Assembly: GCA_963727775.1 (NCBI GenBank)
Contig: CAVSHB010000001.1
Span: forward strand, 64,001-128,000
Direction: 5' to 3'
Length of the DNA stretch: 64,000 nt
Source: an uncultured Nitrospiraceae bacterium
GTDB lineage: Bacteria > Nitrospirota > Thermodesulfovibrionia > Thermodesulfovibrionales > SM23-35
Shown: positions 49,119 through 57,145 of the stretch, piece after piece
How positions within the stretch are numbered: the first letter of the stretch is position 1
Layout of the letters: each line of letters starts with the position of its first letter
The notes under the pieces: model-generated
Told to the model about the DNA's origin: nothing
Seen by the model: only the letters and a program-made list of their open reading frames with translations
Database searches by the model: none
Translations under genes and position numbers: made by a program

Positions 49119-49947
49119 AGGACAGACCCCTGCGTGGTGTCCCGGATGCGGAAACTTCGGCATCCTTAAAGCATTTAAAGACGCGGTGGTTGAACTCGGC
49201 TTAGAGCCGCATCAGTTTACGATTGTCTCCGGTATAGGCCAGGCGGGGAAATTCCCTCACTATTTGAGATGCAATATGTTCAACGGCCTTCACGGGAGAC
49301 CTTTGCCTGTCGCAACGGGAATTAAACTTGCCGATCATGAAATGCTTGTAATCGCTGTCGCAGGGGATGGAGACTCTTACGGGGAAGGCGGCAACCACCT
49401 TCTGCATGCAATGAGAAGGAACATCAATGTGAAGCTCTTTGTGCACGACAACCAGATATACGGCCTTACAAAGGGGCAGGCGTCTCCTACGAGCATGGAA
49501 GGTATGATCACGAAGAATCAGCCCTTCGGTGTTTTCTCTGAACAACTGAACCCGATGGCGTTGGCAGTGGCCAATGACTGCAGTTTTGCGGCGAGAGGAT
49601 TTGCAGGTGATGTTGAACACCTGAAAGGTTTGATTACGGAGGCGATAAACCATAAAGGATTCTCATTGGTTGACATACTCCAGCCATGCGTGACATTTAA
49701 TAAAATAAATACCTACGACTGGTACAGGCAGAGAGTCTATTATATCGAGTCTGAACACAGGCCTGAAGACAGGATGGAAGCTTTCAAAAAAGCACTCGAA
49801 TGGGGGGACCGTATTCCTATCGGTATAATCTACAAAAACCGCCGCCCTGTTTTGGAAGAGAGAATACCGGTGATTAAGGACAAGCCCCTGGTAAAGCAAG
49901 CTTTTGATTCATCAAAAATAGAGACAACGCTGAAAGAATTCTATTAA
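49096..49947 (+). CDS. korB: 2-oxoacid:ferredoxin oxidoreductase beta subunit
   Basis: WCPGCGNF, LHGR, GDGD..GEGGNH, NQIYGLTKGQASPT, QPCVTFN. Confidence 0.94.
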   Translation: MPTSEDYKGQTPAWCPGCGNFGILKAFKDAVVELGLEPHQFTIVSGIGQAGKFPHYLRCNMFNGLHGRPLPVATGIKLADHEMLVIAVAGDGDSYGEGGNHLLHAMRRNINVKLFVHDNQIYGLTKGQASPTSMEGMITKNQPFGVFSEQLNPMALAVANDCSFAARGFAGDVEHLKGLITEAINHKGFSLVDILQPCVTFNKINTYDWYRQRVYYIESEHRPEDRMEAFKKALEWGDRIPIGIIYKNRRPVLEERIPVIKDKPLVKQAFDSSKIETTLKEFY

Positions 49948-51499
49948 CCCGAATAAGGCAGACATTGTTCAAAATTTTATTTAACTCGATGAATTTATTG
50001 AAAATATCTTTATTGGTAGCATTAATAAAAATGGCGCATCTGGGTTCTTCATGGGTCTATGCAATATATAGTGGTTTGAGTATCCTATGTTCATGGATGA
50101 AAAAGTGTTTTATACAAAGATATTGGGAATCAAGCTGCCTTGGTTTGTAAAACAGGTTATTATGGACGAAGCAACTCAGCGAATCGACATTTATATGGAG
50201 CATGAGAAAGATATACGCGTCAGGTGTCCGGAATGTGGTGCGTTTTACGGCATGTACGATCACGCACCTGAGCGCGTTTATCGTCATTTGAACACCTGCC
50301 AAATGGAAACCTACATTCATGTTCGGCCACCGCGAGTAAACTGCCCTACGCATGGAGTTAAGCAGATAGAATCGGCGGTTGGTGAGAACGGCTCGGATAT
50401 GAGTCATGCCTTTGAGAGTCTGGTCATTCGTGTTGCTCAAGAGTGCAGCATCGAGGGTACGGCCCGGCTTTGTGGATTGAGTTGGGATAAAGGATGGAAT
50501 GCTCTGGAGCGAGCGGTTAATCGTGGTCGCGGACGCAAGGTGCATCGCATCCCAAGCCGTATCGGAGTGGATGAGAAGTCCATTGCGAAGGGACACAAAT
50601 ACGAGTCTCTGGTTTACGATCTTGATGCAGGGACTGTTGAGTTTGTATGGGATGATCGTGGCCAGGAAAGTCTTGAAAGCTATTACCGGCAGTTTAGCAA
50701 GGAAGAACTGTCTGACGTTAAAGCTGTGGCAATGGACATGTGGGACCCGTATATTGCGGCTACAAAAGCTTATGTACCTGGTGCGGAAAGGAAGATCGTC
50801 TTTGATCGTTTTCATGTGATGAAGCATGTTCTGGCTGCGGTGGATGAGGTCAGAAAGAGAGAACATCGTGAACTTTCGGAGTGCGGAGAGCAAACTTTGA
50901 AGGGAACCAGATATCTGTGGTTGTGGAGCGAGGAGAATATTCCATCGTGGCGACGTGGAGAGTTTGAGGCATTGCGAGCCAAAGACTTGCAGATATGCCG
51001 GGCGTGGGCTATAAAAGAGAACCTTCGGCATCTGTGGGAGTATCGGTATGAGGCCCATATGAGAAACTATTTCAAGCGCTGGTATTTTTGGGCAACTCAT
51101 TCTCGACTTGAGCCTATTAAGAAAGCGGCTAAGACGGTTAAGTCCCATATAGACAATATCGTTACTTACGCACGGCATCGCATTACCAACGCCTTGGGCA
51201 AGGCAATCAACGGCAAGATTGAGAAAGTTAAACGAATGGCTTGTGGTTTTCGCAATCGCTCCCATTATAGAACCGCCATTTATTTTCATTGCGGCGGACT
51301 GGACTTGTTTCCCAAACCGCCTGCTCAACCAACACTATGCTTTCGAGCAACTTAAACACTATCTGTTGGGGGTATCCATTAAAATGTCTGTTCCGGCATA
51401 AAAATATTCCTCAAACCATTAGTTCAAGGTACACTAAGGTATCGAAAAATAAAATATTTCACAACATCTGCCTTATTCCAATTGCATTTTTCGGGTTAA
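49944..51499. mobile_element. ISL3-family element nested within a ~45-55 bp imperfect inverted-repeat pair
   Basis: TTAACCCGAATAAGGCAGACATTGT... (49944) matches the reverse complement of 51441-51499; ISL3-like left end GGTTCTTC at 50043; right ISL3 end not clearly recognisable. Confidence 0.6.
50087..51355 (+). CDS. ISL3 family transposase (third catalytic Glu appears replaced by Lys)
   Basis: Zn finger CPECG...CPTHG; GVDEK, AMDMW, FDRFHV; ITNALGKAINGKI..GFRN. Confidence 0.92.
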   Translation: MFMDEKVFYTKILGIKLPWFVKQVIMDEATQRIDIYMEHEKDIRVRCPECGAFYGMYDHAPERVYRHLNTCQMETYIHVRPPRVNCPTHGVKQIESAVGENGSDMSHAFESLVIRVAQECSIEGTARLCGLSWDKGWNALERAVNRGRGRKVHRIPSRIGVDEKSIAKGHKYESLVYDLDAGTVEFVWDDRGQESLESYYRQFSKEELSDVKAVAMDMWDPYIAATKAYVPGAERKIVFDRFHVMKHVLAAVDEVRKREHRELSECGEQTLKGTRYLWLWSEENIPSWRRGEFEALRAKDLQICRAWAIKENLRHLWEYRYEAHMRNYFKRWYFWATHSRLEPIKKAAKTVKSHIDNIVTYARHRITNALGKAINGKIEKVKRMACGFRNRSHYRTAIYFHCGGLDLFPKPPAQPTLCFRAT

Positions 51500-51659
51500 C
51501 CAAAAGCATGGTTATTTTCGATTGAGTGTTTTTACGTTGAACTGTTTATGAAATTTACTTATCACTCTCTCCAAATTATTTGGTGTTTACATGGGTATCT
51601 ATTCACTTAAGAAAAAATCATATATAATTGATCTAAATTCAAAGAATTAAGGAGGAATC

Positions 51660-51896
51660 ATGACAGCAAGGATAGTTACCTATGAGTGCGAACAGTGTGG
51701 TTCTGAGATCGTTGTTACAGAGACCGGAGAAACCCAATTAAGTCCTATTTACTGTTGTAGTGTGGCGGTAACAGAGGTGGGTTCTATTGAGAAGAAACCG
51801 GCAAAACCTAAAAAGAAAGTAGCGAAGAAAGTAACGAAGAAAATAGTTAAAAAGAAAGTAGCGAAGAAAACACCTGCTTCAAAAAAGAAGTCGTAA
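51660..51896 (+). CDS. Desulforedoxin-like CxxC..CC domain fused to a Lys-rich tail
   Basis: YECEQCGSEIVV...IYCC followed by KKPAKPKKKVAKKVTKK...; AAGGAGG RBS. Confidence 0.7.
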   Translation: MTARIVTYECEQCGSEIVVTETGETQLSPIYCCSVAVTEVGSIEKKPAKPKKKVAKKVTKKIVKKKVAKKTPASKKKS

Positions 51897-51935
51897 TAGA
51901 CGGAATTAGATTGACGTATTCTCTCCGGAGCGGCG

Positions 51936-51997
51936 GGGAAACGAATAGGCTAACCGGCGCGTGGTTTTTTGCGCGTCCGGGTTGAGCGCCCTATGCG
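51936..51997 (-). mobile_element. Degenerate attC-like site
   Basis: Minus strand: GCTCAAC-CCGGACGCGC...GCGCCG-GTTAGC-CTATTC-GTT, with the extra C in L''. Confidence 0.6.
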
Positions 51998-52417
51998 TTT
52001 TCCCGCCTTTTTTTGTTTCTTATAGAAAGTCAAAAACTCTCTCGGAGAATAAATTACGGTTGCGTGACATAGTTCGGCAGGGAAATGACTCTGATTCCCT
52101 GTGATAAGACATGCCGCCTGACTCGCGATGGCAGTTGCAAGGAATGTCTCATCGTCAGGATCGGGGAGTGAATTGACTAAAGGAGAAGATGCTACCGTCT
52201 GTCCCCTGTGTACGATATAGTCTAAAAGTACTTTTACCTTTTCATTTTCAAAGTTAAACTTTGGACGGCGCAGGACCTCGTCATATTCTGCAAGAATACG
52301 TGCATTAAGCGAAAGCGTAAGCTCGCCGGACGAAACCATGAGGACAATTTCACCGCAAGCTCCGAAGGGAGATAAAAGACCCGCAACAAGAACATTGGTA
52401 TCGAGCACGATATTCAT
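51950..52417 (-). CDS. PIN-domain toxin (putative TA toxin)
   Basis: IVLDTNVLVAG, EYDEVL, PDPDDETF, LITGN..HFP. Confidence 0.9.
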   Translation of the reverse strand: MNIVLDTNVLVAGLLSPFGACGEIVLMVSSGELTLSLNARILAEYDEVLRRPKFNFENEKVKVLLDYIVHRGQTVASSPLVNSLPDPDDETFLATAIASQAACLITGNQSHFPAELCHATVIYSPREFLTFYKKQKKAGKRIGRSTRTRKKPRAG

Positions 52418-52701
52418 CGTGGACGTTTTTTACGAACGGCTTTTATCTCGGCGTTGATTTCCTCCATTGAAATCTTATCAGTTCCTTGACGTGCAGATTT
52501 ACGCTGCAGAGAGACAACCGCCTCAACAGCACGTGCCTGACGGAATGCCGATAATGCTTCCTCAAGAGTTGATTCGGTTATTGCGGCAAGAATAGCTACA
52601 GGTCGACCATTGCTGGTAACAACCATTTCCCTTTCCTCTGGAAGATCCTTCCAGACTTGTGCTGATTTGCCTCTTAAATCTCGGACACTTAAAAATTTCA
52701 T
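52414..52701 (-). CDS. Phd/YefM family antitoxin
   Basis: MKFLSVRDLR...VVTSNGRPVAIL; ATG at 52701 after GGAGG. Confidence 0.88.
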   Translation of the reverse strand: MKFLSVRDLRGKSAQVWKDLPEEREMVVTSNGRPVAILAAITESTLEEALSAFRQARAVEAVVSLQRKSARQGTDKISMEEINAEIKAVRKKRPR

Positions 52702-52716
52702 TGGGTTATCCTCCAA

Positions 52717-52757
52717 TTGTGTATTATATTATGTACACAAATGTCACCCATTGTCAA
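52717..52757 (-). promoter_or_regulatory. TA cassette promoter with operator inverted repeat
   Basis: Minus strand TTGACA...CATAAT/TATAAT overlapping the TTGTGTA...TACACAA inverted repeat. Confidence 0.55.
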
Positions 52758-52768
52758 TTTGCAGTTTA

Positions 52769-52841
52769 GGATTACGACCTGCATAAGCGCTTGCAATGGA
52801 GCATTGCGGAATTGCAAGCCGACTTGATGTAATTGTTTTTT
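52769..52841 (-). mobile_element. Degenerate attC-like site
   Basis: Minus strand: AAC-AATTA-CATCAAG-TCGGCTTGCAAT...ATTGCAAGCG-CTTATG-CAGGTC-GTA; abuts the restored stop of the upstream nuclease gene. Confidence 0.6.
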
Positions 52842-53881
52842 TTAAATCTCATCTTTTAAAATGTTATTTTTGACATCGTATTGTTGATAAAATATTGGTA
52901 AACTGAACTCTCCTCTGAGTCTTTTGATATAAGTCTTTGCATCAAAGGTCGGGGACGGTGGAGCAATTATTACAAGCTTTTTAGCTCTTTTTCGTTTGGC
53001 CAAAATGCATATTCAAGTATTTGACCGATAGCTTCTCTAATTGCTGCTTTGGCTGTTTGAGATGTTTTGATCTCGTAAAAAATAAAATTCCCTTTTTCTT
53101 TAACTACTATGTCAACCTTCGTTTGATAGCCCATACCATTTTCTGTGCCTACGTTCCCTTTTTTATGACTTGCATCTAAAATAGAAAAAATTTTTGTCTG
53201 CATCTCATTATGGAAAAGTGATTTATCTTTCTTCCCACCTTTTGATTTCGTTACTGTTTCATTTTTCCCAGGATTATGCCCAGGCTTAAAGATGAATTTA
53301 TTGGAAATGGCTTTAGAAAGGTTAGGGTCTTGAGTCTTGTTAAGCAAGTTGTAATGAAACGCGGGGATTGCTGGGTCTGATTTTTCGATTTCCAATGGTT
53401 CATCTAATAGGTGCATATCGAATATTTTGAACCTAATGTTGAAAAATGTATTCTTACTGGTTTCCCAAAAGGCTTTTAAATCGAGATTCAATTTTCTTAG
53501 GTCGGCTTCCATTTCTGATAGCCAACCATTCTTTTTATAAATGTTGTATATCCCTTTAGATTCTTCACCTGAAATAACTTTAACTGAATCGATTTTTCCA
53601 AGCCACCATTTCTTGTTTTTGTTAGAATTGATTTTTTCTAGTGAATAAAAGCTTATATTGTAAATCGCATCTTTATGAATATCTGTTTTATTATTGAACT
53701 GTTGCAAAAAACCATAGACATATTCATCAACAACTTTGTCTGTGTCAAAGTTCCATTCTTCGTGCCCAAACCCTGTAATAGACTCATACGATCCTTCATC
53801 TCTACTTTTTCCTATCCTTCCTGAAGGGGAAATCCAATAATTATTGTTCCAGCATATACGTGCTATTTTCTCATCAGGCAT
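52842..53881 (-). CDS. Putative PD-(D/E)XK restriction-type endonuclease (frameshift in an A-run near 52990)
   Basis: VDIV...FYEIKT...IREAIGQILEY; adding one A extends the frame to KRAKKLVIIAPP...KDEI* at 52842; AT-rich. Confidence 0.7.
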
Positions 53882-54037
53882 TTTATTCTCCTTTCAAATA
53901 TAACAATGATTTTACGAAATTCCTGTTTGAGCCCCCTATTCACAGAATATAACAAAAACGGCCAAACAAGAGACGGTAAAAATGCATATACATCAAGAGG
54001 AGCACTATTAGCCATATTCGCTGATCGGAACAGTTCA

Positions 54038-54142
54038 GGCAATTTGCCTTAATAGAGGGGTAAATTGCCTGAAAGAAGTGACCTCCCTATACACGCAAAT
54101 TGTAATAAATTCAATCTCTTATCCACTGGCATCCATTTTGCT
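54038..54142 (+). promoter_or_regulatory. Sigma54 promoter with a tandem upstream palindromic activator site
   Basis: TGGCATCCATTTTGCT (GG-N10-GC) at 54127-54142; GGCAATTTGCC and GGTAAATTGCC 21 bp apart at 54038 and 54059. Confidence 0.65.
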
Positions 54143-54190
54143 TTTATCTATACAAAAATCTTTTGTCTATTCAAAAATTAGGAGGTAAAA

Positions 54191-54457
54191 ATGGCTAAGA
54201 GTGTTTATAGGGAAGATATAATGAAAGATAGGGCTGTGAATGAAGAGATTGCAAAAACGGCATATGAACTCTATCAAAAAAGAGGGATGGGCGATGGATA
54301 TGATATTGACGATTGGCTGAAGGCGGAAAGGATTGTCCGTGAAAGACCTGAAAAAATCAAAAAACATGAAATTAATGTAATGGCTGATATGGCGAAGAAG
54401 ATTGCTACCCGAAGGAGAACAAACAGACAGGCTGCGCGTGAGACATCCGGGAAATAA
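54191..54457 (+). CDS. DUF2934-like small protein
   Basis: EEIAKTAYELYQKRG...DWLKAE. Confidence 0.82.
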   Translation: MAKSVYREDIMKDRAVNEEIAKTAYELYQKRGMGDGYDIDDWLKAERIVRERPEKIKKHEINVMADMAKKIATRRRTNRQAARETSGK

Positions 54458-54538
54458 CGTCTTCACGATAAACCTATTATCTTTTAAAAAGCTGATTGTT
54501 ATTCTATTGTAAAATTTAGCCCAGGACAGGAGAGATTT

Positions 54539-55063
54539 ATGGAGAGAAAAGGGATTGTTACGATGAAAGGGAACCCGCTTACCCTAATTGGCCCGGAGAT
54601 TAAGGTGGGCAATAAAGCGCCGGATTTTGCTGTTCTCGACGCCGGCCTGAAGGAATACAATCTTAAAGACTTCGCCGGAAAAATAAAGATCATAAGTGTA
54701 ACACCATCCCTTGATACGCCCGTGTGCGATATGCAGGCGAGAAGGTTCAACCAGGAAGCTTCTCAGTTGGGGAATGATATCGTCATACTTAATATAAGCA
54801 TGGACCTGCCTTTTGCAATTTCACGTTTTTGCACAATTGCAGGGATAGATAAAGTAACGGCACTTTCAGACCACAGAGAAGCTTCTTTCGGAGCTTCATA
54901 CGGTGTTTTAATCAAAGAACTGAGGCTCCTGGCGCGTTCGATATTCGTTGTCGAGAAAAATGATATTGTCGTCTATATGGCAATTGTTCCTGAACTGACA
55001 AATCCTCCTGATTTTACTTCTCCGCTGTCGATGGCTAAGAAACTTGGCCCACACTCTTCATAA
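54539..55063 (+). CDS. tpx: Thiol peroxidase (atypical 2-Cys peroxiredoxin)
   Basis: PSLDTPVC, ISMDLPFA..RFC, LLARS. Confidence 0.95.
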   Translation: MERKGIVTMKGNPLTLIGPEIKVGNKAPDFAVLDAGLKEYNLKDFAGKIKIISVTPSLDTPVCDMQARRFNQEASQLGNDIVILNISMDLPFAISRFCTIAGIDKVTALSDHREASFGASYGVLIKELRLLARSIFVVEKNDIVVYMAIVPELTNPPDFTSPLSMAKKLGPHSS

Positions 55064-55208
55064 GATTGCCGACAGATACAGTATTTGCGCTCATTCTTGG
55101 CCCGGTAAGAATCGGGCCTTCGAGGTAAATTCTTTCTTCGAAAGAATTTAAAACCGCTTAAATACTGCATTTGTCGGCACCCGCAAATTTTATGAATTAA
55201 AGGGGTCA
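55045..55208. repeat. Structured palindromic repeat, copy with an inverted core
   Basis: Flanks are co-oriented with copy 1 but the interior is reverse-complemented; overlaps the last codons of tpx. Confidence 0.9.
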
Positions 55209-55287
55209 GCGGTTAATCAGTGTAAGAAAGTATGTTATGCCGACTCTTTACCCACTTAACCATATTTTTTTGTTATAATAGTCACGT

Positions 55288-55851
55288 ATGCTTGCAACTA
55301 TGGGACATGGCTTGGGCGGGACCTTTAATAGTCTGAAAAAAATCGTTTTAATATTTTGTATAGCCATACCGGCATTTGTATTCAGTTACTCCTCCTTCGG
55401 ACCTTTGACTGCATCGGCTGCGTTGGCTAAGGCCGATAAGGTAATCGTCTTCAAAAACAAGCATCTTCTGATGTTAATGAGAGAAGATGAAATCATTAGG
55501 GTTTATAAGGTTGCTTTAGGTAAACAGCCTGTAGGGCGAAAAATAAAGGCCGGTGACAAAAGAACGCCGGAAGGAAAGTATGTTTTGGATGCGAGGAATC
55601 AGGACAGCAAGTTCCACCTGGCTTTACATATCTCTTACCCGAATGAATCGGATATCGTGAATGCCCAGAGGAACGGCGTTTCGCCCGGAGGCGACATCAT
55701 GATCCACGGACTGCCCGACAAGCTAAAGGATGTCGGTAAATTGCACAGAATATCCGACTGGACAAATGGATGTATTGCGGTCACAAATTCTGAAATTGAA
55801 GAAATATGGCGGCTTGTCCCTGATGGCACAGGAATAGAAATTGTGCCGTAA
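55288..55851 (+). CDS. L,D-transpeptidase (YkuD) family protein
   Basis: GDKRTPEG, ISYPN, IMIHG...WTNGCIA. Confidence 0.9.
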   Translation: MLATMGHGLGGTFNSLKKIVLIFCIAIPAFVFSYSSFGPLTASAALAKADKVIVFKNKHLLMLMREDEIIRVYKVALGKQPVGRKIKAGDKRTPEGKYVLDARNQDSKFHLALHISYPNESDIVNAQRNGVSPGGDIMIHGLPDKLKDVGKLHRISDWTNGCIAVTNSEIEEIWRLVPDGTGIEIVP

Positions 55852-55859
55852 GCCCTCCT

Positions 55860-57017
55860 TCAGTTAATGATATCTCTCAGACGGTCCGCGCGTTCTTTAT
55901 CAATATCTTTAAGGGTCAAATATTCTCCAAAAGCTTCCGTCTTATTCCCTGCAAGAAAATAAGCGACCCCGAGATTGAAATGCGCGGTGGCATCGTAAGG
56001 GTCGATCTCTATTGCTTTCTTGAACGTCTCAACGGCCATGGAATATGCGCGACGAAGTATGTACGTGGTACCGAGTTTGTTGTAAACAGATAAGGAAAAC
56101 GGCGCTATCTTGGCAGCCTGCTTGAATGTCTCTGTCGCTTCGGTGTATTGCCCGAGTTTGTAATATACTACGCCCAGGTTTAAGTATGCTTCTACATAGT
56201 CCGGTTTTACTCGTAGCGACTGGTTATAAGCATCGATGGCCTCTTTATACTTATTCGACTTTTCGTATTGGGTCGCCAACAAAAAATATTCATCCGGGTC
56301 GCACGCCTTTTTTTCAGGTTCTCTCACAGCCCGGTTAGGGAAGGGGAGTTTTTTATCCGAGGCTTTCAGCTTTCTGTATCTTTCAAGCTGTTTTAATACT
56401 TTTAAGGGGACGGCGTAGTTAATGTTTTTGCCCTTCTTCGGCAAATAGACGGCAGCGCCTATTGCTTTTCCTTCCAGGTCGAAGATCGGGCTCCCGCTTT
56501 TGTCCGGCGTAACCGGGATGGAAATTTCAAAGAGCTTGTCTTTTTTAGGAATATCTTTAATAATACCTTCCGCAACAGCAGAGTCGGGCTCCGAAGGGTT
56601 TCCTATTGCAACGATATGTGTTCCACGCCTTGGCTTGAAGTCCGCGGCGATCTTCACTGCGGTAAGTCCTTGTGCTTCTATTTTGAATAAAGCAAGATTG
56701 TTTTCACATCTCGATGAGATCAAGTCCCCGATAGGATAAATGACGCCTTCCCGGGTTTCGACGACGAGCATGTTTTCGGTTTTTTCAAACCATTTTGCGA
56801 TAATCCGGCAATTCGTTGCGATGACGCCGGATTGATCGACAACAAACCCGGCCCCGGATGCTATGTGTCTCTCATTTCGGTCGTTGATATAAACAGCGAC
56901 AACAGTGTCTTTCTGTTTCAACACATTTTCAGGGACCTTAGCGCCGACACGGGGGGCTGCTAAAATCAAAAGCCATAATACGGCAATGTAAACCGTTTTT
57001 GTAGAAATCCTTATCAT
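55860..57017 (-). CDS. Trypsin-like (S1C) domain plus TPR protein, catalytic triad degenerate
   Basis: GAGFVV..G.IATNCRII, NNLALFK, DKSGSP; four TPR motifs. Confidence 0.8.
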   Translation of the reverse strand: MIRISTKTVYIAVLWLLILAAPRVGAKVPENVLKQKDTVVAVYINDRNERHIASGAGFVVDQSGVIATNCRIIAKWFEKTENMLVVETREGVIYPIGDLISSRCENNLALFKIEAQGLTAVKIAADFKPRRGTHIVAIGNPSEPDSAVAEGIIKDIPKKDKLFEISIPVTPDKSGSPIFDLEGKAIGAAVYLPKKGKNINYAVPLKVLKQLERYRKLKASDKKLPFPNRAVREPEKKACDPDEYFLLATQYEKSNKYKEAIDAYNQSLRVKPDYVEAYLNLGVVYYKLGQYTEATETFKQAAKIAPFSLSVYNKLGTTYILRRAYSMAVETFKKAIEIDPYDATAHFNLGVAYFLAGNKTEAFGEYLTLKDIDKERADRLRDIIN

Positions 57018-57145
57018 TCGCAGTTCCAAATCCAAACAAATCCGAAGGCAATAAAGTATTATAATATCAAATATGATTTTGAATAAACGACTTTTCTTCC
57101 TTAGTTTAAATAAAACAAATTCGCGAGCACAAGGAGTGATATTTC

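Noticed and set aside
50057..51328. 423-aa antisense ORF over the ISL3 transposase
   Set aside because: Shadow ORF with no recognisable motifs; the sense strand is a clear transposase.
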